Below are positions 28,472 to 42,964 of a stretch of DNA of 64,000 nt, one piece after another. Both the position numbers and the translations under genes were made by a program. The stretch covers positions 186,001 through 250,000 of the forward strand of contig NW_019028992.1 of NCBI RefSeq assembly GCF_002105155.1, read 5' to 3'. The notes below the pieces were generated by a model that had not been told where the DNA came from, did no database searches, and saw nothing but the letters and a program-made list of their open reading frames with translations. The DNA comes from Lobosporangium transversale. Its lineage: Eukaryota. How positions within the stretch are numbered: the first letter of the stretch is position 1; every line of letters starts with the position of its first letter.

Positions 28472-29386
28472 GGTCAATACAATTCTATTCCTTTGATCAG
28501 TGTGGATTGTTTTCACTTTTTGTGAATTTTTAGAGATTATCTATTATTTTGGTGGCTATTGCGGTTGAAATGTGTTGATGTATGACAGGTTCTGATGGTA
28601 GAATTATGTCTGTGATAACGCGCAATTATTTAAAGATACTCAGACAAAGGCTTGTGGATGTGGGTGATTAGAATATGTGTAAGAAAAATTCTTTGTCATG
28701 GTTTTTTTGGTTTGCATGGCATAACTGAACAGATGTATGAGAATGAAAGGGTGAATATCTACTACAAGCAATCAGAATCGAAAGAAGTTGTGCCCACGGT
28801 CCTTTGTCATCGCAGGAAGGATAGATTGGTCCAATAGTTCATCCTCTCCTTGAAAGTCTGTATAGTACGTTGACTGAGTGACTGACTGAAGTAGTATCCA
28901 TTAGGCGATAGTCGAGAATATGTGAAAACGCATCCATGCTCCAAGCTTCCTACTGTCGATGTTAATGCCTCTTTGTTTGTTATCATCAATATGTCCTGTT
29001 TCCTTGCTACTCTCTTGTCTGTGCTCGATAGATGCAGCTGTTATCATATCATATGCTTTTGCATGTATACATATCCTTTCAATTCCTCATTTTGGCATGC
29101 TGACTTTTTATCTGTTTGTCGCCTTATTGACTGACTGACTGACTGACTGACTGACTGACTGATTGATTGACTGATTGACTGACTGATTGACTGACTCCAG
29201 TTCACACACTAATGAAGAGATTCTGTCAAATCCCAATTATTCTTTACCTGCTCATCGAACCCATCTGTTGGTGCGTTGCTGTTGTTGAGAGGTCGGACAG
29301 TCTGCACTGCTTGTTCATTAGCCCTATTGGTCGCACTTCTGACCATATGGATAGTATGACCCTCCTTTATGGCTATCATAGAAACA

Positions 29387-29419
<33 letters not shown>

Positions 29420-29736
29420 GAATAGACCCTAGTTAATGGAGAGCTTTTTTTTTTTTTAACCCTAGGATCCAAGAAAAGGGTTGCGATGCACAATGCATAC
29501 GCACCTCATTCTAACATGTGCATGCACATTGAGGAAAGAAGAAAAATAAAATAAATAAAAAAAAAAGGCGCTTGCGTAACGAGGCTTTGAGAAGACAGAA
29601 AATGATGAATATCATTATCACTGTTTGTCATTTAATTTTTTTTTTTTTTTTTTGTGGGGTGTATGTGTCGCATGTGTTGGATTGCCTTACTCTGTCGACC
29701 TATCCTGCGGGGCAACCATTGATACAAAAAGTTTTC

Positions 29737-29769
<33 letters not shown>

Positions 29770-30047
29770 GAAAAAAAAAATGTGGCAATGTCGTGTGGTG
29801 GATGTTCAAGGGTGGAATTGAAATGATGTCTACTTACAATAAGATGACAATGGATCTTCATCCTTAAGAACCCGACCCGAGTAGACAAGTCGGATGGAGG
29901 AAGCAGGCAGGTCTGGAGTGGCGAGCTTCTCCTTCAGCTGCAGGACAGTGTTCTCAGTAGAGATTGCAGTTGTAAAGGTAGGGCCAGAGGATGGACGGAT
30001 AGTAAGAACGATGGCCTGTTGGACTGTAGCAATATCAGAATCTTCCA

Positions 30048-30048
<1 letters not shown>
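26729..30048 (-). CDS. DSK2: Ubiquilin (UBL-STI1-UBA)
   Basis: UBL IRLVYSGRVLKD...GHTIHMV. STI1-like MMANPEVVR/NPEVAQMLNDPSFLRQ/RNNDRALSNLEMVPGGFNHL. LPNPW motif. UBA PEERFQSQLASLRDMGF...GGDVNSAIEFLL. Confidence 0.93.
29129..29196. repeat. (GACT/GATT)n tetranucleotide repeat in a DSK2 intron
   Basis: Seen directly. Confidence 0.9.

Positions 30049-30052
<4 letters not shown>

Positions 30053-30115
<63 letters not shown>
30053..30115. repeat. (AG)n microsatellite immediately upstream of the DSK2 ATG
   Basis: Seen directly. Confidence 0.92.
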
Positions 30116-30125
<10 letters not shown>

Positions 30126-30829
30126 GAGAAGAGAGAGAAGAGAGAGAAGGATGAGAGCAAAGTGGACGGTGGGTTGCAAATATTATGAATGGAACTGCCA
30201 AAAGGGAAAAAAGGAGAAGTAAAAATACAAAAGCACAGCGAAAGAAAAAAGAAAAGAAGAAAGGAGAATGAAGAGATAAAGAGAAGGATTACAAAGCAAA
30301 GACAGGACAAGGCAAAAGAGAGAAAAGAGAGAGAAAGAAAGAGAGAAGGAGAAGAGGAGAAAGGAATGGGAGGAATGGGAGGAAAGAAGGGCAATTGGGA
30401 AATTAAGAGTTGCGTAGGTCTCTTTTTATTTAATCTTCTAAACATACGCCTAATCTCTTTTGCAATGCCTCCAAAGTCTCTATGCCATGTGTATCATGAC
30501 ATGGGATCCTGTCTCTTGATGGTCTTCTTTACTGCCCAAGCTGTCTCTTTCTCTCTTTGAACAAGGATGAGATGAGGGAAAAGAAAGAAAACCATGCCTG
30601 GCAACCACTTCCCCGTGACTTGCATGCATGTACTTGGCATCCATACCTTCCTAAAGTTGTTTACTAACTTTAAAAAAAAAAAATCGCCTTGGGTCCTCTT
30701 TGGCACAGACAGTTTATAAACGATTCATGGTTGGCATGCATGCGATTTCCTCTTTGAACAGCACTTGCTATTTACACGTTTATACATGAACATCACTGTC
30801 TTATCTCTCTCTCTTTCTCTTTTCATGTG

Positions 30830-30866
<37 letters not shown>

Positions 30867-30940
30867 TTATATTTTTATATTTACATTTTATACTTTACAC
30901 TTTACAATTTACAATTTACATTTTATATTTTATATCTTAT

Positions 30941-31030
30941 ATTCTATATCTTATATTTTATACTTTTACATGGTCTAACTGTGTAATTCTATATCTTATA
31001 TTTTATACTTTTACATGGTCTAACTGTGTA
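30941..31030. repeat. Perfect 45-bp tandem duplication
   Basis: attctatatcttatattttatacttttacatggtctaactgtgta occurs twice (30941-30985 and 30986-31030). Confidence 0.85.
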
Positions 31031-31536
31031 TCCTTTTATATGTTTCCCCTTCTTCTGCTACTCTGCAATGCCAAAAAAACAAATAAAAAGCACCCTGCAA
31101 ATATGCTCTGGTATACATTTACTTTTACTGACATCTGAAATCCTGGATCCAACATTTGGAATAAAAAAAGTAAAAGAAATCGGTCTGCATTTGATCATTT
31201 AAAGTTAAAAAAAGAAAATGACGCGCATTGCTGTTGGAGTTGATGTGGCTGCCCTTGCCCCATCCCATCTTGTCCATCCTTTTCCTTGTAGAATATAAAA
31301 TAAAAATAATAAAAAAAAAAAGAAACGACAACATCCTTATATATATATATATTTAAGAACTCAAAGACAAGGACCAATCGTCATCTCTCCATCTCCATCA
31401 GTTACATCAACTTCAAATCAAACGGTATATTTCTTGGAAAAAAATAAAATAAAAAAAGAAATAAAATTAATAAATTGAAAATGACGTGTTGTGTGCGACC
31501 ATCCTAATGCAAGCAATGCGCAATGTGCTCATTATG

Positions 31537-33078
31537 TCAGTCCTTTGCCCAAATACAGCTATTCCACGGGCCACAAACGACATCCTCCCAAGACTCTGTC
31601 GATCCAAAAGCTCCCTTGCTCTTCTTGTCCTTCACTCTGACAAAATGATATTGGTCCGCCTGTTGAATAGTACATCCCATCCTGTATAGCATCTGCTGTT
31701 CCCTCGTCTCTAAACACATATTGTCCATGTCCAGAGATGTTGCTAATGTTGAGCTTGATGGTGGCAAAGGACAAAGCTGACCATATTTACCCCAGCCGCA
31801 GCTCCATACTCCTCCTTGATCTAGTATTATCAGGAAGAAGAAGGAAAGGATTTCATTTTAAAGATGACTAAAGAAGGACACACCCTTTCCCTTTTCTTTT
31901 TTTTTTTTTTTTTTTTTTTTTTTTCTTTTTTTTTTTGGGGAGCATACCATCCAGTACAACAGTATGTGCACGGCCGCACGCGACTTTGACAACATGGACA
32001 TCTAGCTCCTTCCCAGAGTCTGAATCATAAAAATCAACTAGTTGAGGATAAGCAGTATTGTGCTTTGGAGTCTGTGATTCCCATTCCTGCGAGCTTCCTC
32101 TATCGAAATCTGCACCCTTGCCGATACCAAGTTGCCCATGGTCATTCAGACCAAATGTATAGATGTCTCCAGATTCTAAATAAGAAATAATAAAGAAAAT
32201 GAGAACCTGTGCATTTTAAGGAACAACCCCTAAACTCTTTTAGTTTTCCCACACCCACCTGAAAGCGCTACACTGAACGATGCTCCACAGGCAGCGTCTA
32301 TAATACGAAGACCTTGGAGTGCCTCAATAGGCCTTGGGACCGATTCAAATCCAAGATCGCCATGTCCGAGCTGTCCGTGTCTGCCGCGTCCCCAACTATA
32401 AAGCGTCCCATCCTCTGCTAAAACAAGCATATGAGCTTCTCCTGCCCAAACCCTCTTGAACTTCGTCTTGGACACCAACGTTGGATTCGATGCCGATGAT
32501 GACGGTAACAACGGATTTAAAGATGATGCCAACGTCACTACTCGAGGCCTAAGATCCGTAGCGATCCACTCAAAGAGTCCACCTGTCGATCGGTCGATCG
32601 CCACGGTCCAATGATTTGCTGATTGTCCACAGGTAGCCACATCCTTGATGTTGCTCAACAACAACAAGCAAGGTCCTCCCCTCAGCTTCTCATCTCCACT
32701 ATCCTTATTGCTCTTGACGAAAACCTCTCCTGTAGAGGTCAGAAACCCCTGTAATGCCTCTTGGCCCAAAAACTTTAAACTATTGGCTTTAAGCCCCTGG
32801 GATCCTGGTTCAGAACTCTTTGAGTACTTGGAGCAAAAAGTCTCTACTAAACTTGCTTCTTCAGGACTATAATCGCCACAGACCTTGATTTCACCGTTGA
32901 TGTCCTCTACAATTGAAGAAAAGAAAAAAAAATTACAAAGATCAAAAGCCTTTTCTTGCTTCCTAACCCAGGAATAAACCATAGACTTACCGATCACGAA
33001 GGAGGCCCAGCCTGCAAACAGCATACGTGCTGCCGTTTCAGGAACAAGCTTTGTCCTGAATCCAAAGCACAAAAGCAT
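31537..33078 (-). CDS. RCC1-repeat protein (RCCD1-like)
   Basis: AGEAHMLVLAEDGTLYSWGRGRHGQLGHG, ACGASFSVAL, IYTFGLNDHGQLG, VACGRAHT, WSCGWGKYGQL, VVCGPWNS. Four exons. Confidence 0.85.
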
Positions 33079-33176
33079 ATCTCTAATGGTACCCTTGTCC
33101 TTCTTTCAGTACTTTAGTGCTTAAGTGCTTTCAATACTTTCGTGCTAATGAGAATCAGATTAGATGTCTGATGGAA

Positions 33177-33209
<33 letters not shown>

Positions 33210-33347
33210 CAATGAAGTAAATGAATTCCTTTTTTTTTCTTTTCCCCGGGTTTGAAAGCCAGCTCGAGTTGACGTGTTGATAGTCAAGATGCAATGTGGA
33301 GATCACTCTTCGCTTTATTTTGTTTACATGGCATTACTCTTTTTAGT

Positions 33348-35713
33348 CTAGTTGATCCGCTTCTGTTGTCCCTTCCATTCTTGCTCACGCAACACATACT
33401 TTTGCAATTTGCCTGTGCTGGTCTTGGGCAACTCCTTGACAATCACAATCGAAGATGGACACTTGAATCCAGCCATGCGCTCTTTACAGAACTTGACCAA
33501 TGCTTGACCATCCACTATCTTGTCCGCAGCCAAATCCGGTTTAAGGACCACAAAACCCTTGGGCGTCTCTCCCCAACGCTCACTCGGTGTTGCCACAACT
33601 GCTACCTCGAGAACCGCAGGATGTTGAGAGATACAGGACTCGACCTCTAGTGTTGAGATGTTCTCACCTCCACTGATAATAATATCCTTTGAACGATCCT
33701 GTATTGCAATATATCCATCGGGGTGGCGAACTTTGTGATCCCAACAAGAAAACGGCAGTGATTACAAATAAAATTAGTAATAATAAAAAAACTAGGAACA
33801 TGATTTCATATTTGAGACTGCTTACAATTATTTGTAATAAAAAAAAAATAAAAAAAAGCTATTCTTCAACCCGCACCTGCAATGTCTCCACTGTGGAACC
33901 AGCCTCCTTTAAACGCCTTGGCAGTAGCCTCTGGGTCATTGTAATAACCCTACAGTTTTTTTTTTTAAAAAAAAAAAATAATAATAATAATAATAATAAT
34001 TAGCCTTCGGCGCAAAAAATTGCCTGTTTCTTGTTTTTTTTTTTGGTATCATCACCAAACTAACTTTACCTTCATCACCAAGTTGCCTCGGAAAACGATC
34101 TCTCCAGCCTGTTTTCCATCCAAAGCAACATCGTTCATCTCACTATCTACGACGCGCAAATCGTCTGAAACTACGTAAACATGACCCTGTCGTGCCAATT
34201 GCTTAGCAAGCTCTTCCGCTGAAAGCTTTTCAAACCCTGGTTGATAGTATGACCTGACAACTGGTCCATAAGTCTCTGTGAGTCCATAAACGTGAGCAGC
34301 CTCCATGCCGAATTCCCTCATCTTGGCAATCAACGTTGCTGTTGGAGCAGATCCTCCAACAATGCATGTGACAGTCTTTGGTAGCTTGCGGGCATTAGGA
34401 TTATGTACCAATTGAATCAAAATTGTGGGCGCACTATTCAAGTGTGTAACTTTTTCGTCTACCATCACCTTCCAAATCTGATCGTAATCGATCTTACGGA
34501 GCATTACGTGCGTCCCTATTGATAGCATGAAAAAAAAAAAAAAAAAAAAAAAAAGGCGAGGCCCAGAATAAATGTTAGAACTTGAAGAAAAAAAAAAAAA
34601 ATGTAAACAATGTGCATGAATGTCAATTACCTGCAACAGCAGTGAGGGAATACGGATACATCCAAGCATTGGCGTGGAACAACGGTACAATAAACAAATG
34701 TACAGAATCAAAATTCAGTTGAGCCTCGATCAGATTCCCGAGAGCTGCAAGGTATAGACCACGGTATGTGAAGACCACGCCCTTTGGCTTTCCTGTTGTT
34801 CCACTATCAGAAAAAAAAAAAAAAAAAAAAAAAGAATTCGCACGGAGGCAAATAAGGTTTTAACAAATCAGTTGAAAGGGAGGAAAAACTTTCCCCAATT
34901 GCCCTGCAGTGAAATAATGCAATAGCTCATCCACAATATTCCCATGCAAAAGAATCAAAGTGAAAATGAATGTATAATACCTCGTGTAGCAGAGCGAGAC
35001 TTCCTCCTCTTCATTATCTGTCTGATCTAGCCCGCTCCATCCGAGTGTGTCAGCTTTTGAATAACCTGTTTGCAAAAGTTGTTCATAGGGGTCTGAGGCC
35101 AAACCTGTGTCCTCGATGATGATCTTGGGAAGAGGAGAATCTTTAATCAGATCCTTGAACTCGGCATCACAGAAAACGATTGTAGATCCAGAGTGCTCGA
35201 GGATATAGGCGACCTCTGATGGTACTAGACGGGTATTGATTGCACAGATGATGGCATTGGCAGCAGGGATAGCAAAGTGAGCCTCGAGCATGGCAGGGAT
35301 ATTAGGCGCAATAATTGCGACCCTGTCTCCACGTCTGACATTCAATTGTTCCTTCAGCGCATAGGCCAATGCGACTGTTCGACGATTGAGTTCCTTGTAG
35401 GTGTAGCGTCTCTCTCCATGGACAACAGCAGTCTTTGATGGATAGACGGTAGCACTCCGAGCCAAAAAATACACTGGGTTAAGTTCTGTTCTGTTGGCCT
35501 TGTTAATCGATGGTCTAATACGGCCTATGACAAACCAACAGACAAATAATTGAGTACAATGTCAAGAGTGCATATTGACATCGGTAGGAAAATACTGATT
35601 GTAGTAATAAGAATTCAAAACAGGGTGATTGAGACAGACATACCAGGGGCACCTATTGTTTGATAGATTTGCTGCAAGCGATCCTTTGCAACGTTAACTG
35701 GATTGCATGACAT
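33348..35713 (-). CDS. AMP-binding acyl-CoA synthetase (short/medium-chain acyl-activating enzyme)
   Basis: YTSGTTGKPKG, PLFHANAW, VYGLTETYGP, GWFHSGDIAV, DRSKDIIISGGENIST, LPKTSTGKLQKYVLR. Confidence 0.93.
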
Positions 35714-35727
35714 CGTGGCAAATGGCA

Positions 35728-35771
<44 letters not shown>

Positions 35772-37869
35772 GAGAGAGGAGAGGGGAGGGGGAAAAAGAA
35801 AAGTGAAATGTAGAAAATGAATGAGGAATGGAGAGAAGAAGAAAAAAAAAGAATCAAGGACTCTTGTTTCCACTTTTTATTGCACAAAGGACTAGGCGCC
35901 GGTGCGGTAGAAATGTAGGGTTTTACTGCTCACTCTCATGATCCACAAGTAAGACTCGTTTAGCCAACTCTCGGTGTTTGTGTCATCGACCAAACCATTT
36001 CAAGTAAGTCCCAACCTGTTGTATACCTTGTACATGCCGAAGTTATATTCTAGCCCCACATTGCTTCTACTCCACAGGTCCACAAGAGACTGTGCGCTCG
36101 TTGCTGTGGTATACTTTGGTATCCTAAAATCAAATCTGGTAGATTGTAAAAGTTTGATTTTGTTTTTTGACAATTGCAAGTGAGACCAAAGCGCACCAAC
36201 GTAAGCATTCCATTTTTTGTTTCAGAAGCTTAAACGGATTCAATTGTCAGCTCGCACCCTGGTCCGCAAATCAATCGCAGCAAATGTTAAGGACGTCCTA
36301 TAATCCAGAGCTAAAAGACCTTCGTGTTGGCGGCTTTTCCATTATTCTGTTACCACCGATTGATAAGAGAGTTTCCTTATAATTCCACTACCCGACCCCT
36401 TTCTCCTGTGAGTATATACATCATTATAGTCATCCAAATTAAAGTACTGGATGGGCCCAGTCGCTTCTGGTAATGGTCTGTCAACTCATGCCAGATCGAG
36501 CCAAATATTTTATAATGAGCCTCACTGCACTGAAACACATCTAGATCGCACGTTTCAATAGTATAGAGCATAATTAGACACTCACAACCGACGTGTCTAG
36601 AAACATCTTCATTATTATCCATGAAATGAAATGACACATGCAGTGTGGAGTAGAAAACTAGCGGTGTTATTCGCTCATCATAATCTTTACAAATTCGTTT
36701 AATGCGCGTTGCATAATTAGCAGTACCCGTAGTCAATGCCTGTTGTCGGCCGCAGAGATAAAAATATTCGTCTTCCGCTTTGGAAAAACAGCGCCATGCA
36801 AAACAAATTGATCATTTCCTTACATTTGTGTTCAGGTGACTTATTATTTAGCTAGAAATTACTGTACGTCCACCTGAATCGAAATTTTTTGTGCGGGAAA
36901 AGGTGTCTTCAAGAATACGAAAAAATGCAATTTTCCATGAGGAGCCCGACGAGCCACGAACTATTGGGATCAAGAATGAAAACATCCTGTATGACACAAT
37001 ACAATATGAACGTTTGATCCTCAGACATTCTTTACATTGATGAGAAATGATTGGTACAATCAACTTAACTTACACTTACTACATGAGCTTATAATATACT
37101 CATAATCATCCTCTTTAGCTCTCATTGTCGAAAACTGATCAAGTATTCCTTGACTCTCAAAAAAAAAAAAAAAAAAAAAAAAAAGAAGGAATAGAGATGT
37201 GTGCTAAATTGCGTCACAATTTACACGTACTATGAACAATCACTGCTTTGGTTGGTATGCTGATCGCCAGCAATCATGTGCACACTGCGGCCAATCTATC
37301 AGCAACTAACGCATATAAAGACTTCAGCGCAAGGTCGAGCACAACCAAATGCTGTAAAAACCCTTGTGCAGCTTCTCTTCTTCAACCTCTGCTTCCTCCT
37401 TCCATCTACTCTATCACTCCTTACCTTCTACTTTATCACCCAGCAGAGCCTTGGCCTCTTTGTTACATTGGGTACGTATATATTGATCTTTGTGATGCAC
37501 CACACTCCTTTAGATTTCATTATTGTTTCTGAATAACCGGAACGACATATATTAAAACTACTGGTCACTAACATTCACCATGATTTTACATTACCAACTT
37601 TCCTGGGCCGTTAAGAAATCGCCTTCCTATGTCACATGCGTACCCTACTCTTTGAAGGGCCAGTTCCTCAATAGCCAGCTCTTCGGTCGGCCGGTGTAAG
37701 TTGGTGCTCTAGTTGTATTTTTCATAGTAGATAATGATGGATGAGGATGGCCTTACCAGTCATAAGAAACACTTGTTTATATCGCGCCACCGATTTTTTC
37801 TCTATTATCTGTGTAATTTATTTTTTATTTTATTTTTGAACTATACTCATGCCTGCTAGCTTGTTTTCT

Positions 37870-38650
37870 ATCTCATTTTATTAGGAAACCCGACCCAGAG
37901 CATTCTTATTGGCATCACCTTCGAACCAGCATCAGCGCCAGCAGCCTCAGCTGATGAGGCCGAGTACACTCCTGAGCCAGAGCAGCTGCCAGACTGAGAA
38001 AGCGAGGGTATCCGCTCACGCTCAGTTCGATTGGGGTGCATACATAGCATGTCTTTTCGCCAATCATAGGCGAGCCTGCATTGTTGCACTCCGCGATACC
38101 AAATCATGCGGGTACAGATAGCGGACGTTATGGCCGTTATTGGGGTCTTCACACCGGCTCTGCCCACGACTGGGATAGCCAGGCATTGAAAGTCAATGAT
38201 ACTGGGCATCATGAAGGCCATTGGTTGTACCTAAATGGTAGAAGTAATGATGGCAGAGGTTCCTTTAATGCCTGGTAATAAGAAGGCAAAGATCATGCTG
38301 GAGATGCTTCTAGAGTATTTGCCGTTGAAGGAGGACAAGACTGCTTTAGAATGTGCCTTCATGATCAAAAGGGCGGCACCCATCATGCAAGCATACCTGG
38401 AATCTGGTGGACATGCCTGAGATTTCCCCAGCACAAACTCCACCATCTAAAGGCAACAGAGCCAGCGGGCGGACATGCATGCAGCTATATTTAAAGGTGA
38501 GAGGTATGGCGATCTCTGGAAGTTGCTACATCTGTCGTCTGCACCTACAAAGTCATGGTCCCATCCTTTGTTGCGAACCCTCCCAACAGTAGAACAGTTC
38601 AAGCTCGATTTGAGGAATATCAGTAACGAAGGGGACGACGGAACCACTGG
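37870..38650 (+). pseudogene. Fragmented nucleoporin Nup85-like pseudogene
   Basis: MLEMLLEYLPLKEDKTALE and GERYGDLWKLLHLSSAPTKSWSHPLLRTLP recall Nup85 C-terminal segments. Several stops and frameshifts. Recognised by eye only. Confidence 0.4.
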
Positions 38651-39058
38651 GACTTCAAAGTTCCAACATTTATTTATTGGCTCGTTAGATTACTCCTGTA
38701 CAGATTAAGTCTAATAAACTACAAAGGAAGGTGTATAATGTACCATCTTCAGTGTTCAGTGTAACAGATTTTAATTGAGTTTCAGTAACAGTCTGGCTGT
38801 TTCAATGCTTTAAGTAAAACGAGAACTTTCCCCGCAGTGTGGTTACCATTTATGGGTGACTTTAAAAGCCCATCAGAAATTTAATCTTTACATTGTTCAG
38901 TCCTTAAATACCGAGAAAATGACAAAGAATGGCTGAAGGCGAAGAGAGGATTCATTGACTTTAAAGGCCTCAATCGGTTCTCTTTGAGTACATGTTGGTT
39001 CATCCATAAAAATAAAATCAATAAAAGAAAAAAAGCAGTGATTCTGACTTTTGAGGTG

Positions 39059-39091
<33 letters not shown>

Positions 39092-39652
39092 CTGCCTCTG
39101 TATCTGTGTACTCTTCCGTCAATCTTTTTTTTTCTTTAATCGTTCCTGACGCTGACAGAACAGAAATCTGGTCTAACCATTTACCCATTTCATTTAGCAC
39201 TCTTACAGTGACTACATTGGTTTCTGTTCTAATATAGGGCGCATTAGATCAATCCTTTTTCTTTGCTCACTTTCTCTCCTATTTCTCTCTTTGCCTCGTC
39301 CTCATCTCTTTCATCCCTCTCTCCTTCACTAACCACCTGTTCTCTTTTTTTTTTTTTTTTTTTTATTTTTTTTATGACCATACTCAAGGACACGATTATC
39401 TAGTCTCTTCCTTCAACCTTACAGCCCATTCTTATTTTATTTTATTTTTTATTTTTTATTTTTTATCTTTTCTCTTTTTTTACACCTTTTTCTTTCCTTA
39501 TCTTTCTATCCTTTCACCTCACTCATTGCCCCACTGCGGATCAATCGTCTCTCCTTGTTCCTTCTGTCTACCCTCACTCTTTCTCTCCTTTTCTTTTTTT
39601 CTAAAGTTATTCAAAAAACTAAAGAAGGTCTTTAGCATCCAAGCAAGAAGGG

Positions 39653-39683
<31 letters not shown>

Positions 39684-39820
39684 AAGTCATAAAGGACGTG
39701 CAAAGGAAATTGAGTGGGAAAAAAAAAAAAAAAAAAAAAAAAAAAACCACAACACACAACGAACGATAACAACGAACGATAACAACGACAACGATTTGAA
39801 GGAAACACAGACAAGCAACG

Positions 39821-40263
39821 ATGCCCTCCTCTGGTGATTACCATTCCACCTACGCACCGAGCTCATCCTCATCCACCATCATTGCATCACCTGCACCGTC
39901 CTATGTCTCATCCCCATTGCCTTCTAAACTAAAGTCGTTTTTCGGGTTTGGAGGCAGGAGAATCTCTCGAGCAGACTTTTATGATCCACATGCCCTTCCT
40001 TCCGACAATAAAAAATCGGTAAGTTATCTTTTTATTATTTTATTTTATTTTTATGATCTCCTTCTCTTCACTTCCCTTCATTCTTCCCCCATTGTTCATT
40101 TGAAGAAAAGAGATGATATCATGTATTATAATTAGTCTAAAAAGAAGACGACAGGTATCCTTCTCCTAGACACATTTGATATTTCAAGTTCAATGAATTG
40201 AGACTCGGACGAATGTTTACATTTGTCTGTGATATTAAATGGAATAGTCTCTACACTGAGCTC

Positions 40264-40311
<48 letters not shown>

Positions 40312-42930
40312 TGTTATTATTGTTATTGTCATTGTTGTCTGTCTGTTTGTGTTATTTTTACAACAAAAGTTTGCTTCACAGTAGTACGATCATTTTATGA
40401 TTAAAATTATACAACTAAAGGGCGGGAAAACGTGGAAAAAAAACAATGGCCTTGTCAACAGCTTTAGCATGGATAGCATGGGACTATTGGTTCTGGTTCC
40501 TGGGTTTGATTTTTAATTAATAATGGTATACTTGGTGACTTGGTGCTCTCTTACAGCATGTTACACTCGCTGGGTTTGCATTTTTCTTTCCTTTTTTTTT
40601 TTTTTTTTTTTGCTCAATGTCTGCATGCATTTCCTTTCCGTTTTAAAGAGAGCTACTTCAAAATATAGAACTATATGCCTTCCGCAGCGTGCTAGCCGCG
40701 TGTAGGCCACTATATATAATTATAAACATCGGATGAGGTTGTCATGTCATGTCATTTTTAGTATACTGTGCATGGCATATACGATATCTATAATACAATA
40801 TCTATAATACATTATCTATAACACGATCCGATAGGATGTATTGTCTTTTGACGAGACGAGTGATGGGAATGTGAAGGTGAGGATGGATAGAGGAAGAATC
40901 AAGAGAGGAGTACTTGAAACAGTTCCAACTCTTCTTACTGTTATCAATATGGATAGCATCTCTAGAGATGACATTACACAAGACATTGCATCAACACTTG
41001 TACATGTACATATCCCATTCCTTTACATTGCTTTGCTTTGATGAATCTTTCCCCTTCCTTTCCCCCTTTTTCCGTTTGAGTGATTACTTTGTCTGTATTT
41101 ATACTTTTGTTGTACCTGTGTCTGTGTCTGTGCCTGTGCCCCACTTTCAAAAACTGTGCAACAGAATTCACTTTCTCTCTTCCTACTTGTCCACCTCGAC
41201 TGGACTAGTCTTTTTTATTTTATTTTTTATTTTTTCGCAACTTCATTGCTTACATCCTTTTATTCATCATCTCTCCATTCACTCACATTCCATCAACCTT
41301 CTCTCACAAACACATTCTTTCTATTTATATTCTCGTCGCTGACCTAACAGGCTGAAGCACCTGTCTTCAATCAATTCTCCTTTTCTTTGTTGACTGACAT
41401 AACTCACCCGTTACCCTACACCTTGCACACCCCTTCCCACCCTCTTCTAACCCCTCCCCTTCCTTTCCCCTTCCTTTCCCCTTCCTTTCCCCTTCCCTTC
41501 CTCTCTCCCCTTTCTCCTTTCATTGAGAACGCTTCTTTCCGGGACTATCACCATGTCGTTTGTAATGCATTAAAGAAAAGATCAATCGCACCTGTCACTG
41601 TGTTTTTTTTTGTCACACTCTTCACTTTCACACATTCTCAAACTGATACAATTATTAAACCCTTTTTTTTTTGATTTCCATCAAACAAATCGTATTAATC
41701 TCCATCTCCATCTATATCTCTCTCTTCCACTTCCACTTCCACTTTCTCTTCCTCTTTTCTTTCTTTCTCACGTATATCTTTTTACTAAACTCATGCTAAC
41801 ATTACTACCTGATATCCTGACCACTCCTCAGTTCCTTAGACGAGTCGCCTCGACTCCAAATGCCAAGGCCACAGTATTAGAAGATTCTCTCCGCAAGACC
41901 AATAGTGCCTCAAAGGGGAGCGCTGGCAGTGCAAATGGTTACTTGGGCGCCTATAATCCATCCTCCCCTGCCGCCAGATCCAATACTACCTTGGGTTCCA
42001 CCATGACAATGGCATCATCCCTCACAGCAGCGACCACAGCATCTTCACCATCCTCCAAACTTCATCTCGGCCTTCCTCATGAAAAGAGCCCCAATGGCTC
42101 CACTCTGGATCTAAGGCGTCTAGGAACTGTTCGAAGAACGTATTCTTCCAACTCTATCAAGAAAAAATCAGTTGAGGTTTCACCAAATAGTTTTGTAAAG
42201 ATCCGATTGTTGGGTAAGGGCGATGTCGGAAAAGTGTATTTGGTACAGCAAAAGGATACAGATCGGCTTTATGCTATGAAAGGTAAGCAACAAGTAACAT
42301 AAAATATTCTATACTACACAACATGTACAAAAAAAGTTCCGAGGTGAAGGCTATTGAGAGAAAGAGAAGGAAGGAGGCGAAATCAAATATGCACTTTTTT
42401 TTTTTTTTTTTTTTTTTTCCTTTACCGACAATGCAATGCATCAAGGGAATAAAAGAGACTGCACAACGTGGAGAATGATTTCAGCACGGGAAATCAAAGG
42501 GTACATTACTAACAGAAAGCTTTTTTTTTTTATTGATTATTTATTTAATTATTCACAATTTATGCAACTTGAAAACAATCATTATACCGTCAACAACTTT
42601 AACTACAATGACAAAAGTGCTATCCAAGAAAGAGATGATCAAGCGCAATAAGATCAAACGAGCATTTGCAGAACAGGAGATCTTGGCCACGTCCAATCAT
42701 CCATTCATCGTCACACTATACCACTCTTTCCAATCAGAAGAATATCTTTATTTTTGCATGGAGTATTGCATGGGTGGTGAATTCTTCCGAGGTAAAAAAA
42801 AAAAAAAAAAGATACATACTAATAATAATTGAATCTGCTCTTTTTGTTTGGATCTAATTGCATTGGAGATTGTAAAAAAGAAAAGGTTTCATGCTTTGCT
42901 TACAAGAATTACATATTTGATTACTCAATG

Positions 42931-42964
<34 letters not shown>

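Noticed and set aside
33320..33350. Stop-codon readthrough to a cryptic PTS1 (checked at this and several other gene ends)
   Set aside because: No TGA-CTA context at the stops checked, and the extension here does not end in a PTS1.
36377..37560. Short ORFs that may be decayed gene pieces
   Set aside because: No recognisable family and no coherent exon chain.
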